Assembly (NCBI GenBank): GCA_946411205.1
Contig: CAMKDG010000001.1
Span: forward strand, 8,478 to 72,477
DNA length: 64,000 nt
Direction of reading: 5' to 3'
DNA from: an uncultured Desulfotomaculum sp.
Lineage (GTDB): Bacteria; Bacillota; Desulfotomaculia; Desulfotomaculales; Desulfotomaculaceae
Below are positions 18,432 to 28,337 of the stretch, piece after piece. The notes under the pieces are model-generated. The model made no database searches. It was not told the origin of the DNA and saw only the letters and a program-made list of their open reading frames with translations. Positions within the stretch are counted from its first letter, which is position 1. Each line of letters opens with the position of its first letter. The position numbers and the translations under genes were made by a program.

Positions 18432-18462
18432 AACTAGCAAGTTTTTATTGGAGGTGTAATAA

Positions 18463-19275
18463 ATGGCCAAGGGTGTGCTTGTAGATATAACAAAATGTAT
18501 CGGCTGTAAAGCCTGTCAAGTAGCCTGCAAACAATGGAATGATTTACCTGCTAAAATTCCCGAGTTTGTAGATGGTTTAACTGGGCCACCGGATATGGAT
18601 GGCGATACCTATACCGTTGTCAAATTTAAAGTAGTGGAAATGGCTGGTGAATATAAAATTCGCTCGGCTAAGAAGCAATGTATGCATTGCCAACACCCTG
18701 CTTGTGTATCAGCATGTTTTGCCAAAGCCTTGGAGAAGGACCCCAAGACTGGTGCAGTAATATATCATCCGCATCTTTGTGTTGGTTGCCGTTACTGCAT
18801 GTTGGCTTGTCCCTTCGATATTCCTAAGTATGAGTGGGAGAAGACCTTCCCGTTGATTGCCAAGTGCCAATTTTGCTTTGATCCCCAGGATAAATATGAT
18901 CGCCTAAGCTATGGTAAGCCACCAGCCTGTGTGGATACTTGCATAACCGGGGCCCTCGTTTATGGTGAGCGGGATGAGTTGTTAAAAGAGGCCTGGAACA
19001 GAATTAATAGTGATCCTTCCTATATCAAAAAGGTATTGGGAGAAAAAGAAGCCGGTGGAACTTCCTGGCTATATATTTCCGATGTGCCCTTTGAAGACTT
19101 TGGCTTCCGTCCCAATCTGGGTACCAGACCGTTACCCGAGTACTCTCACGACTTCCTGAAGTATACACCGATTATTGCGGTGGGGTGGGGTACTTTACTG
19201 ACCGTTCTGTATCATTATACAAAACGGCGTGAACAAGTCGCTTCCGAAAGCGATAACAAAGATGTTCACCTGTAG
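18463..19275 (+). CDS. fdnH: Formate dehydrogenase iron-sulfur subunit (FdnH-like, 4x[4Fe-4S], C-terminal TM anchor)
   Basis: CIGCKACQVAC, CMHCQHPACVSAC, CVGCRYCMLACP and CQFC...C motifs. C-terminal helix IIAVGWGTLLTVLYHY. Confidence 0.9.
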   Translation: MAKGVLVDITKCIGCKACQVACKQWNDLPAKIPEFVDGLTGPPDMDGDTYTVVKFKVVEMAGEYKIRSAKKQCMHCQHPACVSACFAKALEKDPKTGAVIYHPHLCVGCRYCMLACPFDIPKYEWEKTFPLIAKCQFCFDPQDKYDRLSYGKPPACVDTCITGALVYGERDELLKEAWNRINSDPSYIKKVLGEKEAGGTSWLYISDVPFEDFGFRPNLGTRPLPEYSHDFLKYTPIIAVGWGTLLTVLYHYTKRREQVASESDNKDVHL

Positions 19276-19320
19276 GCAACGGATAAATGGCAACCAAATG
19301 GTTATTAGGGGGGGAAAATA

Positions 19321-20484
19321 ATGTCGGCAGATAAAGGGTTGTTTCAAGAAATAGCTGCCTATAAATGGAAATTTACAATGACCACTGCCCGCAAAATATT
19401 AATCCTGTTGGCTGGCCTCGGTGTGGTATGTATGCTTTACCGACTGGCTACTGGTTTAGGAAGCGCTACCAATCTTAATGATCAGTGGCCTTGGGGCCTA
19501 TGGATTGGCTTTGATGTTCTGACCGGTGTTGCGTTGGCAGGTGGGGGTTACGGTACGGCCATTATCGTGCACGTACTGCATAGAAACAAGTATCTTGCCA
19601 TTGCCCGCAGCGCTATGTTAACTTCATTGCTGGGCTACCTATTAGTGATGGCTGGTTTGTTTATGGATATTGGTCAATGGTTTAACTTTTGGCGACCCTT
19701 TGTATCCTGGGGTCATACCTCGGTACTCTTTGAAGTTTTCTGGTGTGTATCTTGTTATACCACCGTGCAGGTACTGGAATTTGGTGAAATCCTCACCGAA
19801 AAGGTTGGTACCAAATATCATAATTTCTTTAAAAAGGCCTTGCCTGTATTAATGGTCTTGGGAATTATTTTCCCCACCCTGCACCAGTCCTCTCTTGGGG
19901 CACTGTATATCATTATGGTTGATAAGCTACACCCACTATGGTGGTCTCCATATATTGGTTTAATGTTCTTAATGTCTTCCTTCTTTGTGGGGCCCGCTAT
20001 GATTTGTGTTGAAACAGCCTTGGCGGGTAAGGCTTTCAAGCATGAAGTGCCAGTTTCTGTTTTACGTGGATTGGTACGGATAGCCGGTGTGTTTATGATT
20101 CTGTATCTGGGGCTGAAGTTCTATGATCTGGCTGCTAGGGGAGTTGTTAACCAGATCTTTGCAGGGAATTTAGAAGGAAATATGTTCCTGGCAGAAATTA
20201 TCTTGGGGGTTATTATCCCAGTCTGCATCGCTTTTAGTGGCATGAGCAATACAAGGAAGGGTTTAATTACCTTTGGTATATTGGTCAGCGGTGGGTTAAT
20301 TTTCAACCGCATGAACGTGGTGTTTACCGGGATGTCTGCCGCCCTTGGTGGTTGGTATTTCCCCTCCATCATGGAATGGGCTGTTAGTGTTGGTTTAATC
20401 TCCATTGGTTGTTTAGCTTACTGCTTTATTGCTGAAAACTTTAATATTTTAGTACACCAGAATCACCAGGAGGCAAGTATGTAA
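19321..20484 (+). CDS. NrfD/PsrC/HybB-family polytopic membrane subunit (quinone-interacting anchor)
   Basis: 387 aa with about 8-10 hydrophobic helices. It occupies the position of fdnI but is much larger than a 4-TM cytochrome b. Confidence 0.7.
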   Translation: MSADKGLFQEIAAYKWKFTMTTARKILILLAGLGVVCMLYRLATGLGSATNLNDQWPWGLWIGFDVLTGVALAGGGYGTAIIVHVLHRNKYLAIARSAMLTSLLGYLLVMAGLFMDIGQWFNFWRPFVSWGHTSVLFEVFWCVSCYTTVQVLEFGEILTEKVGTKYHNFFKKALPVLMVLGIIFPTLHQSSLGALYIIMVDKLHPLWWSPYIGLMFLMSSFFVGPAMICVETALAGKAFKHEVPVSVLRGLVRIAGVFMILYLGLKFYDLAARGVVNQIFAGNLEGNMFLAEIILGVIIPVCIAFSGMSNTRKGLITFGILVSGGLIFNRMNVVFTGMSAALGGWYFPSIMEWAVSVGLISIGCLAYCFIAENFNILVHQNHQEASM

Positions 20485-20508
20485 ACAGATACCAAAGGAG
20501 TTGCTCTA

Positions 20509-21339
20509 ATGGAGACAAGGGATCACATCAAGAGATTGGCAGATTTTTATCTCGAGCTAATGGATCTGGAAAAAGATAATCCTTCCTTGGAGTTTACAGT
20601 GAGTTTTGACTCCGAACAAACACAACAGTGGAGCCAGGGCCAAGCGGCCCTGGCTATAGCCCCACCGGAAATCGAGGCAGCCAGTGTATTTACACATTTT
20701 TACTCGGTGGCAAAGGCCTGTCAAAGGTGGCAGGTTGGGCCAAAGCCAGTAACGGAAGAGTTTTTAAAAGGTTTGGAAGAATTATCCCAGGGGCAAAGGG
20801 AAGAATTAATAGTATCTTTGTTTCGAGTGAAGGGCAAAAATTTTAAAGTTGCCGAAGAGCTAAAAGCTCCTTCGGGGCTGTTGGAGTTTATTGCCGCCAA
20901 TGCCTTTAAACCTCTTTTAAAGAAATATGGGGAAATGGTACTAAGTCAGGTTAAAATAAGCAACTGGCTGAAGGGATACTGCCCGATTTGTGGAGATCAA
21001 CCAACTCTGGCTAAGCTTACCGGTAAAGATGGGCATCGTGAGCTATATTGCGGGCGTTGTGAAATGAATTGGCATTTTGAACGATTGGGCTGTCCTTATT
21101 GCGAGGAGAAGGGTGCTTCAGAAGCTTCCTTTATTGCTATTGATGAAAACAAACAATACCGTGTTTATCTATGTGATAAATGCAAGCGCTATTTAAAAAC
21201 GGTGGATGAGCGGGAATGTGGGGAAGTTGATCTGTTTTGTGAGGATTTAGCCACCAATGCATTGGATGAAATAGCGCAAGCGGAGGGATACCAGAGGGAT
21301 AATCATAAAGATGACTGCTTTAGTGGGGTTACCTGCTAA
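20509..21339 (+). CDS. fdhE: Formate dehydrogenase accessory protein FdhE
   Basis: Four CxxC pairs (CPICGD, CGRCEMNW, CPYCEE, CDKCKRYLK) in the FdhE arrangement. Confidence 0.85.
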   Translation: METRDHIKRLADFYLELMDLEKDNPSLEFTVSFDSEQTQQWSQGQAALAIAPPEIEAASVFTHFYSVAKACQRWQVGPKPVTEEFLKGLEELSQGQREELIVSLFRVKGKNFKVAEELKAPSGLLEFIAANAFKPLLKKYGEMVLSQVKISNWLKGYCPICGDQPTLAKLTGKDGHRELYCGRCEMNWHFERLGCPYCEEKGASEASFIAIDENKQYRVYLCDKCKRYLKTVDERECGEVDLFCEDLATNALDEIAQAEGYQRDNHKDDCFSGVTC

Positions 21340-21370
21340 ATAAATATATAACAAGCGCGCCTGCTTGTTT

Positions 21371-21398
21371 CCCCCCTTTCTTTGGGGGATTTTTTTTG
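21371..21398 (+). terminator. Rho-independent terminator after fdhE
   Basis: CCCCCC-tttcttt-GGGGG followed by T8. Confidence 0.7.
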
Positions 21399-21538
21399 TT
21401 TGTTTTTAAATGATTTCTGTGTATTACGTTTATCAAGGTACGACAAGCCCCTGATGTGATCACAAAATTAGCAGCCAATTGCGCCAGGCCTAGAGGATGC
21501 ATGCGTTTCACAATATCACACAAAGCATTTTTAGAGGA

Positions 21539-21799
21539 TTACCGTTCTACTCTAGTGCTTCTAAGGGCGGGCAAATCAATAAGCCCTCTTTTGGCTCGTT
21601 GTGTAATAATACCTCCGATGCGTCCAGATTCGGCAGAGGTCAAACCTCCCCAGCCTTCTTGCTTCACTTTATCACTAAGGCCCAGTTCTGCAGCAATCTC
21701 TAATTTTAATAAATCCATAGGTGTAGGCTTCTTTTCTTTTTTACCAGACTTTTTGTTTTTAAGCTGTCTTCCAGATGTTGCTTCTTGGCTAATCTTCAT
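21539..21799 (-). CDS. Alpha/beta-type small acid-soluble spore protein (SASP) with a lysine-rich N-terminal extension
   Basis: Core KLEIAAELGL...GGLTSAESGRIGGIITQRA matches the SASP signature. RBS GGAGGAG. Confidence 0.85.
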   Translation of the reverse strand: MKISQEATSGRQLKNKKSGKKEKKPTPMDLLKLEIAAELGLSDKVKQEGWGGLTSAESGRIGGIITQRAKRGLIDLPALRSTRVER

Positions 21800-22136
21800 A
21801 GTTGTCTCCTCCTTAGGAACAAGAAACCCCCCCGAGAAAGGGAGGCTTCTTTTACCAGGTTTTTATCATCAAAACTCCCAAGGAACTTCGTACTCTAAGA
21901 CCCACAGAGAGTGACGGAGCTATCCATAGGGTAAGTTTACGGATGACAAAACCGGGCTGATATCATTATTTCCTGGATGGGCAAAAATATTTATCAATGA
22001 TTCAAATTTTGACGACATATGATAGTGTAGGATTAATAATTTTACTAATCTGAAAAATTTTTTTTTATTTACAAGGATTTTTAAAGTTGTAACAGAAATT
22101 TATCTTTATCGGACAATTGAATACTTACGGATGATG

Positions 22137-22373
22137 GCTGTGGGAGAGACCCGAAAAGAGGGCGCCGAAGGAGCACGAGGGCTTACCGTGCTGTGGTAAC
22201 CGTTTAAACTCTCAGGCAAAAGGACTGCGGTCAGACGTACTCTGGAGAGTTCCCACCGATTAATCGTGTGGGACACCAAAGGGGCAGCCTCTAGGAATAG
22301 AGGTCATCTTTCAGGTTAAAAGGACAGAGTTATACCAGCTTGGGTATAATTCTGTCCTTTTTGTATTCTAGTA
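22137..22373 (+). promoter_or_regulatory. Tandem glycine riboswitch (two aptamers) plus terminator
   Basis: Aptamer 1: GGGAGAG...GCGCCGAAGGAGCA...CTCAGGCAAAAGGAC. Aptamer 2: CTGGAGAG...GACACCAAAGGGGCA...TTCAGGTTAAAAGGAC. Terminator GGACAGAgTTATACC/GGGTATAATTCTGTCC plus T5 (22331-22373). Precedes gcvT. Confidence 0.9.
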
Positions 22374-22418
22374 AAGAATTCTTACCCGGAACATACTATA
22401 ACAAAGGAGGTGGAGGGT

Positions 22419-23519
22419 GTGTCTGTACTGAAGCGTACGCCTCTTTATGATGCTCACCTAGCCGCCGGGGCTAAAATGGTTGAATTTGGCGGTTGGCTAA
22501 TGCCAATTCAGTATGAAGGAATACTGAAAGAACATCAGGCTGTGAGGACTGCAGCCGGTTTATTTGATGTTTCCCATATGGGGGAAATCGAAATTACTGG
22601 GGTAGGTGCCAGAAATCTGCTGCAAAGACTAATCACCAACGATGTCGAGCGATTGAAGCCTGGCTGTGCTCTATATTCACCCCTGTGTAACCCCGAGGGA
22701 GGGACTATTGATGACCTACTGGTGTACCAAGTGGAGGACGATCGGTACCTGTTGGTTGTTAATGCTTCTAACATTGACAAAGATTATCGTTGGCTTCAGA
22801 ATCAGGCTGTGGACCAAGAGGATGTTACAATACAAAATGTGTCTGAAGTGACTTGCCAATTGGCACTGCAAGGACCTGCTGCTGAAAAGGTTTTACAAAG
22901 GCTTACCGCTATTAATCTGAATGAAATTAAGTATTTTTGTTTTGTGTACGGTCTGGTAGAAGGGGTACAATGCCTTATTTCCCGTACAGGCTATACCGGG
23001 GAGGACGGTTTTGAGTTGTATTTTCCCTCCGAGCATGCAGCAACTCTTTGGCAGGCTATTCTGACGGCAGGGCAGGGAGAGGGTGTTCAACCAGTGGGTT
23101 TGGGAGCCAGGGATACCCTGCGCTTTGAAGCTTGTTTGGCCCTCTACGGACATGAACTGACCGACGAAATCTCACCCCTGATGGCTGGTTTAGGGTGGAC
23201 AGTGAAGCTAAACAAACCTGATTTTATTGGTCGGGAAGCCCTGAGCAAAGAAAAAGCAGCCGGAATTAGCCATAGGCTGGTGGGTTTAGAAATGATTGAA
23301 CGAGGCATTCCCCGTCAGGGCTATCTCCTACAAAAAGAAGGGCAAGAAATTGGCTGGGTAACGTCCGGTACCTTTTCCCCGACTCTTGCTAAAAATCTTG
23401 GCTTGGCCTATGTATTGACTCAGTACGCAGAGCTTGGCAGCGAAGTGGATGTAATGGTTCGCAATAAGCCAGTCAAAGCGTGTATAGTACCAAAACCATT
23501 TTACAAACGGGAGGTATAA
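22419..23519 (+). CDS. gcvT: Glycine cleavage system aminomethyltransferase GcvT
   Basis: Motifs [29 protein letters not shown]. The GTG at 22419 lies 8 nt after AGGAGG (the track start at 22410 overlaps the RBS). Confidence 0.93.
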   Translation: MSVLKRTPLYDAHLAAGAKMVEFGGWLMPIQYEGILKEHQAVRTAAGLFDVSHMGEIEITGVGARNLLQRLITNDVERLKPGCALYSPLCNPEGGTIDDLLVYQVEDDRYLLVVNASNIDKDYRWLQNQAVDQEDVTIQNVSEVTCQLALQGPAAEKVLQRLTAINLNEIKYFCFVYGLVEGVQCLISRTGYTGEDGFELYFPSEHAATLWQAILTAGQGEGVQPVGLGARDTLRFEACLALYGHELTDEISPLMAGLGWTVKLNKPDFIGREALSKEKAAGISHRLVGLEMIERGIPRQGYLLQKEGQEIGWVTSGTFSPTLAKNLGLAYVLTQYAELGSEVDVMVRNKPVKACIVPKPFYKREV

Positions 23520-23522
23520 GTT

Positions 23523-23906
23523 ATGAAATTAGAAGCTGATTTAAAGTACAGTAAAGAGCATGAATGGATTAGAGTAGAAGGAAACAGAGTGGTGATAGGA
23601 ATTACCGATTTTGCCCAGGATTCTTTAGGAGATATCGTTTTCGTTGAACTACCCTCGGTGGGAGAAAGCCTGGAAGTAGAAGATACCTTCGGTGTAGTAG
23701 AATCTGTGAAAACTGCCAGCGACCTCTATGCACCGGTAAGTGGTAAGGTGGTAGAAGTAAATGAAGCCTTAGCAGACTCTCCTGAATTGGTTAATCGGGA
23801 GCCTTATGGTCAGGGTTGGATGATTGTGGTAGAAATATCCGATGTGTCTCAGTTGGATAACTTAATGGATGCCGAACAATATCAAAAGATGGTGGAAGAA
23901 GCCTAA
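23523..23906 (+). CDS. gcvH: Glycine cleavage system H protein
   Basis: Lipoyl-lysine motif [16 protein letters not shown]. Confidence 0.95.
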   Translation: MKLEADLKYSKEHEWIRVEGNRVVIGITDFAQDSLGDIVFVELPSVGESLEVEDTFGVVESVKTASDLYAPVSGKVVEVNEALADSPELVNREPYGQGWMIVVEISDVSQLDNLMDAEQYQKMVEEA

Positions 23907-23925
23907 GGGAAGAAGGTAGGTAAGC

Positions 23926-25263
23926 GTGAGATTCATTCCCCATACCGATGCTGAACGACAACAGATGTTGGAGTTCATTGGCATTGAGCACACAGATCAG
24001 CTATTTCAAGATATTCCCCCGGATATCAGGCTTAACCGTGAACTAAGGGTGGCTGGGGGTCTGGCCGAACGGGATCTCGCCAGACATCTGGCCTCCTTAG
24101 CCAAGCAGAACACGGGCGTGGAGGAAAGCATTTGTTTTTTAGGAGCAGGTGCCTATGATCATTATGTCCCCAGTGCGGTAAAGCATATCTTAGGGCGGGC
24201 AGAATTTTATACCGCTTATACGCCCTACCAACCAGAGATCAGCCAGGGAGTTCTCCAGTCTATCTATGAATATCAAAGTGTGATTCGTTTGCTGACGGAC
24301 ATGGATGCTGCCAATGCTTCCATGTATGACGGGGCCAGTGCCCTGGCCGAGGCAGCGCTGATGGCTTGTGCAGCCACTAAGCGGCACCGGGTAGTAATTT
24401 CCTCGGCTGTTCATCCAGAATATCGGGATGTGGTAAAGACGTACCTCTACGGACCCGGTATTAATCTGGTAGAGGCCCCTTACCTAGAAGGGGTAACCTC
24501 TCTGGAGGATGCAGTAGCCTTATTAGATAAAAATACCGCTGCTCTGTTAGTACAGTATCCTACCTTTTTTGGCGGTATAGAAGACCTGACTAAGCTGGCA
24601 GAGGCAGCCCACGCAGTGGGGGCCTTGCTGGTGGTTTGTGCCGATCCCATTGCTTTGGGCTTACTAAAAGCCCCAGGACAATGCGGGGCAGATATTGTGG
24701 TGGGAGAGGGTCAGTCTATGGGGTTGCCTCTTTCCTACGGGGGTCCTTACCTTGGTTTTTTAGCCTGTAAAGAAAAATATCTAAGAAAAATGCCCGGACG
24801 TATCGTGGGGCAAACCGTGGATGTTGACGGCAAACGGGCCTTTGTCTTAACCTTGCAAGCACGGGAGCAGCATATTCGGCGAGATAAGGCTACCTCTAAT
24901 ATTTGTTCCAATCAGGCTCTCTGTGCTCTGGCATCAACTGTTTATATCAGTCTTATCGGTAGGCAGGGATTAACGACAGTGGCAGAGCAATGCCTCCAGA
25001 AGGCGGCCTATGCCAAAAACCTGCTGGCTAAGCTACCTGGTTACGAAGTTTGGTCAGGCCCAACCTTTAAAGAGTTTGTTATCAAGACACCGATAGCTCC
25101 TGAGAAAATTAATCAAGAACTGCTAAAACACAATATCATGGGCGGTTTTGATTTAGGGCGTTACTACCCTGAACTGGCTGGGCACATGCTATTATGCGTA
25201 ACCGAGAAAAGAAGCCGGCAGGAAATAGATCTGCTGGTGGATCGATTGGGGGCTATCTCATGA
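23926..25263 (+). CDS. gcvPA: Glycine dehydrogenase (decarboxylating) subunit 1
   Basis: [11 protein letters not shown] motif; split P-protein arrangement. Confidence 0.93.
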   Translation: MRFIPHTDAERQQMLEFIGIEHTDQLFQDIPPDIRLNRELRVAGGLAERDLARHLASLAKQNTGVEESICFLGAGAYDHYVPSAVKHILGRAEFYTAYTPYQPEISQGVLQSIYEYQSVIRLLTDMDAANASMYDGASALAEAALMACAATKRHRVVISSAVHPEYRDVVKTYLYGPGINLVEAPYLEGVTSLEDAVALLDKNTAALLVQYPTFFGGIEDLTKLAEAAHAVGALLVVCADPIALGLLKAPGQCGADIVVGEGQSMGLPLSYGGPYLGFLACKEKYLRKMPGRIVGQTVDVDGKRAFVLTLQAREQHIRRDKATSNICSNQALCALASTVYISLIGRQGLTTVAEQCLQKAAYAKNLLAKLPGYEVWSGPTFKEFVIKTPIAPEKINQELLKHNIMGGFDLGRYYPELAGHMLLCVTEKRSRQEIDLLVDRLGAIS

Positions 25264-26714
25264 CCGAAAAATTAATCTTTGAACTGGGTTCTCCAGGACG
25301 CCAGGGAGTAACCTTTGCAGCCAATGACGTACCCGAGGTGTCCCTGGATCAACTTTTGCCGGAGGCATATTTACGGGAACGGCAAGCCCCCTTGCCGGAA
25401 GTTAGCGAATTGGATGCTGTCCGTCACTTTGTGCGGCTGTCCCGCTTAAATTTTGGTTTGGACGTAGGTTTTTATCCACTGGGTTCCTGCACCATGAAGT
25501 ATAATCCCAAGGTGGCCGAAGATGCGGCGGCATTGGAGGGCTTTGCTAATTTGCATCCCTACCAACCTGAGGAACTAGCCCAAGGTGCTTTGCAACTCAT
25601 GTACGAAACCCAGCAGGATTTAGCCGAACTCACGGGTATGGATGCCTTTACGCTGCAACCGGCGGCCGGTGCCCATGGGGAACTGACCGGCATGTTAATC
25701 ATCAAAGCCTATTTGGAGAGTAGAGGAGAAACCGGCCGTAATAAAGTGATCGTACCGGATTCTGCTCATGGTACCAACCCTGCCACTGCCGCTCTTTGTG
25801 GATTTAAAGTGGTGGAAGTGAAGTCCGATGAACGGGGCAATGTTGATATTGAGGCCTTAAAACAAGTAATAGGTCCTGATGTGGCCGCCTTGATGCTAAC
25901 CAATCCCAGCACCCTGGGATTATTCGAAGATAAAATCAAGGACATTGCTGATCTGGTACACGCGGCAGGTGGTTTGCTCTATTACGATGGGGCTAATTTA
26001 AATGCGGTCATGGGTTATGCCCGTCCGGGAGATATGGGTTTTGATGTAGTTCACTTAAACTTGCATAAGACCTTTGCTACCCCCCACGGCGGTGGCGGGC
26101 CTGGTGCCGGCCCGGTAGGTGTGAAAGAGATCTTAGTCCCCTTCTTGCCAAAGCCCGTAGTCACCAAGGAAGGGGAACATTATAAACTGGATGACAATCG
26201 ACCCCAGTCTATTGGTCGGGTGAAGGCTTTCAATGGTAACTTTTCTGTGGTAGTAAAGGCGTATACTTACCTGCGTGCCTTAGGGGGGCGAGGTTTAAAA
26301 GAAGTGTCTGAATATGCGGTGTTAAATGCCAACTATCTTATGAAGCGGTTAGAAACGCACGTGAGAGTCCCCTATCAAAGGGTGTGTATGCACGAATTTG
26401 TTGCTTCTCCCCCCCAAGAGTTAACGGAGCAGGGAGTTAAAACCTTGGATATAGCGAAACGTTTGCTGGATTATGGCTATCATCCCCCCACGGTTTACTT
26501 TCCCCTGATTGTGGAGGAAGCTATTATGCTAGAGCCAACGGAGACTGAGAGTAAAGAAACCCTGGATCAATTTGCCGATAATTTTATCAAAGTTTTAGAA
26601 GAGGCCAAGGAAAACCCTGAACTGGTCAAGCAAGCACCCTATACCACGCCGGTACGCCGGTTAGATGAGGTAACGGCTGCTCGTAAGCCTGTGTTGGGCT
26701 GGCTTCCCGAATAA
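25260..26714 (+). CDS. gcvPB: Glycine dehydrogenase (decarboxylating) subunit 2
   Basis: PLP-lysine motif HLNLHKTF. The ATG at 25260 overlaps the gcvPA stop (ATGA). The track start at 25194 is an upstream extension. Confidence 0.93.
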   Translation: MTEKLIFELGSPGRQGVTFAANDVPEVSLDQLLPEAYLRERQAPLPEVSELDAVRHFVRLSRLNFGLDVGFYPLGSCTMKYNPKVAEDAAALEGFANLHPYQPEELAQGALQLMYETQQDLAELTGMDAFTLQPAAGAHGELTGMLIIKAYLESRGETGRNKVIVPDSAHGTNPATAALCGFKVVEVKSDERGNVDIEALKQVIGPDVAALMLTNPSTLGLFEDKIKDIADLVHAAGGLLYYDGANLNAVMGYARPGDMGFDVVHLNLHKTFATPHGGGGPGAGPVGVKEILVPFLPKPVVTKEGEHYKLDDNRPQSIGRVKAFNGNFSVVVKAYTYLRALGGRGLKEVSEYAVLNANYLMKRLETHVRVPYQRVCMHEFVASPPQELTEQGVKTLDIAKRLLDYGYHPPTVYFPLIVEEAIMLEPTETESKETLDQFADNFIKVLEEAKENPELVKQAPYTTPVRRLDEVTAARKPVLGWLPE

Positions 26715-26756
26715 GAAAAGGACAGGCAGCCAGTTGCTCGGAAAAGCTTAGCTATG

Positions 26757-26862
26757 ATATACTGTGACGGTCAGGCAAAGCGCCGGGCCATTTATGGCAG
26801 CGGATAGATCCCGCAGGACTTCATCTGATCCTCAAAGATGAGGTCCCGCGGGATTTCTTATT
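26757..26862 (+). promoter_or_regulatory. Structured leader with a 19-bp terminator-like hairpin upstream of the CDF gene (candidate metal-responsive riboswitch, class unconfirmed)
   Basis: Hairpin ATCCCGC-a-GGACTTCATCT / AGATGAGGTCC-c-GCGGGAT (26808-26854), then TTCTTATT. Upstream small hairpin GCCAT-tt-ATGGC. An alternative GCGG/CCGC pairing uses the 5' arm of the terminator. Confidence 0.4.
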
Positions 26863-26875
26863 AGGAGGGCTGGCA

Positions 26876-27847
26876 TTGAACAATGTTCAAGGGACGAAAA
26901 TAAAAGTGGCGCGCCTGTCCATCATTTCTAATACTTGTCTAACCACGGGAAAATTACTGGCGGGGCTAAGTATGGGTTCTGTGGGCGTGATATCCGAAGC
27001 GGTTCACTCCGGTTTAGATTTAATTGCCTCTGTAATAGCCTTTGCAGCAGTTCGCCAGTCTGGTAAGCCGGCAGATAAAGAGCACCCCTATGGTCATGGT
27101 AAGTTCGAAAACTTGGCTGGTATATTGGAAGCAATACTCATATTGCTGGCAGCCCTGGGTATTTTCATCCATGCCATACCCCGGATCTTTCGGGGTGGTG
27201 GAGAAATTGAATCCCTAGGTTGGGGTGTGTTGGTGATGGGCATTTCGGCCACTGTCAATTTTTTCGTATCACAAAAATTAATTAAAGTGGGTAGAGAAAC
27301 CGATTCTCCAGCCCTGGTGGCAGATGGCTGGCATCTGCGGACAGATGTTTATACTTCCGTGGGAGTTCTGATAGGCTTAGGTGCCATTTACCTAACGGGC
27401 TATACTATCTTAGACCCCATTATTGGCGTAGTTGTGGCTCTGCTCATTATTAAAGCCAGTGTTGATTTGATAAGAGAATCCATGGGTGTAATGCTGGACG
27501 TCAGCTTGCCGTCAGAAGAAGAAGAGGTCATTAAAACGGTACTGCAGCGGCATTCGGAGCAGTTTCTGGAATTTCACGGTCTGCGCACCCGTAAATCGGG
27601 TCCTTACCGTTATGTTGATCTACATTTAGTGGTACCCCGGCATATTCCCGTAGGCACAGCCCATCTGCTCTGTGACAGTATTGAAGTAGAAATTGAACGG
27701 GAACTATCGGGGGTTCAAGTGTTAATTCACTGTGAGCCCTGTGAATCCGCCAAGGAGCTTATGGAAACAACGAATTGCAGTACTTCGTCCTGCCAATCCA
27801 AGGGTTGCCCACTGGCACGTTGTCCGATAAAGGATGAAGAGAAATAA
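26876..27847 (+). CDS. Cation diffusion facilitator (CDF) family metal efflux transporter with a Cys-rich C-terminal tail
   Basis: Motifs SEAVHSGLDL, HPYGHGKFE, WHLRTDV. Cytoplasmic domain, then the tail CEPCES...NCSTSSCQSKGCPLARCP. Confidence 0.88.
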   Translation: MNNVQGTKIKVARLSIISNTCLTTGKLLAGLSMGSVGVISEAVHSGLDLIASVIAFAAVRQSGKPADKEHPYGHGKFENLAGILEAILILLAALGIFIHAIPRIFRGGGEIESLGWGVLVMGISATVNFFVSQKLIKVGRETDSPALVADGWHLRTDVYTSVGVLIGLGAIYLTGYTILDPIIGVVVALLIIKASVDLIRESMGVMLDVSLPSEEEEVIKTVLQRHSEQFLEFHGLRTRKSGPYRYVDLHLVVPRHIPVGTAHLLCDSIEVEIERELSGVQVLIHCEPCESAKELMETTNCSTSSCQSKGCPLARCPIKDEEK

Positions 27848-27988
27848 CGGCCGGAAATAAAGTAAAGGCCTTTGCAGTCCACTTTACACTCTCTGGTGGA
27901 ATTGCGGGAGCCTTTTTTATTTTGCGGAGTAACTTAACTAAGCTTTGGAGCTATTCATTGAAGACAGCTACCGCAGAGCGAGGTTTCC

Positions 27989-28172
27989 CTGTCGGACCGG
28001 GAAACGGAAATTCTCACCCTGGCCGCCTAAGTCCTCAAGTGGACAAAATCGCCCGACGGCTTCATCTGGTGGCAAGAATTACCTGGAAAGCATCTACCGC
28101 AAGTTGGAGGTTTCCGGCAGGATGGCAGCCGTCAAAAAAGTGCCGTTCGGCACCTACCAGATTGAAAAATGA
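27989..28172 (+). pseudogene. Remnant of a LuxR/GerE-type HTH gene (C-terminal ~60 codons, at least two frameshifts and one in-frame stop)
   Basis: Three frames read LSDRETEILTLAA-stop (27989-28030), LSPQVDKIARRLHLV (28027-), GKNYLESIYRKLEVSGRMAAVKK (28068-28172). Joined, they reconstitute the LuxR HTH consensus. No receiver domain lies upstream. Confidence 0.75.
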
Positions 28173-28205
28173 TCCTCTATACTTAAAAAGTATGGAGGAT
28201 TTTTT
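28172..28205 (+). terminator. Intact terminator following the LuxR remnant
   Basis: 13-bp stem ATCCTCTATACTT/AAGTATGGAGGAT (one G-U pair) followed by T5. Confidence 0.7.
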
Positions 28206-28272
28206 ATGCCTCTCAATATGGCAAGTGCCGAAAGGAGGACAGTGCTTGATGAGTAAAATCTTGAAGGATGAT

Positions 28273-28316
28273 AGCAAAAAAGGGGAGTGCCGCTCTATGC
28301 GACACCCCCTTTTGCT
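28273..28316 (-). terminator. Terminator of the MutS2-like gene
   Basis: On the minus strand: AGCAAAAGGGGG...CCCCTTTTTTGCT. Confidence 0.6.
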
Positions 28317-28337
28317 ATATAGTTGTAAAATTATCCC

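Noticed and set aside
21456-21914. 152-aa plus-strand ORF (and 21497-21703)
   Set aside because: It is antisense to the SASP gene, which has a strong family signature and RBS. The plus-strand product is low-complexity with no RBS.
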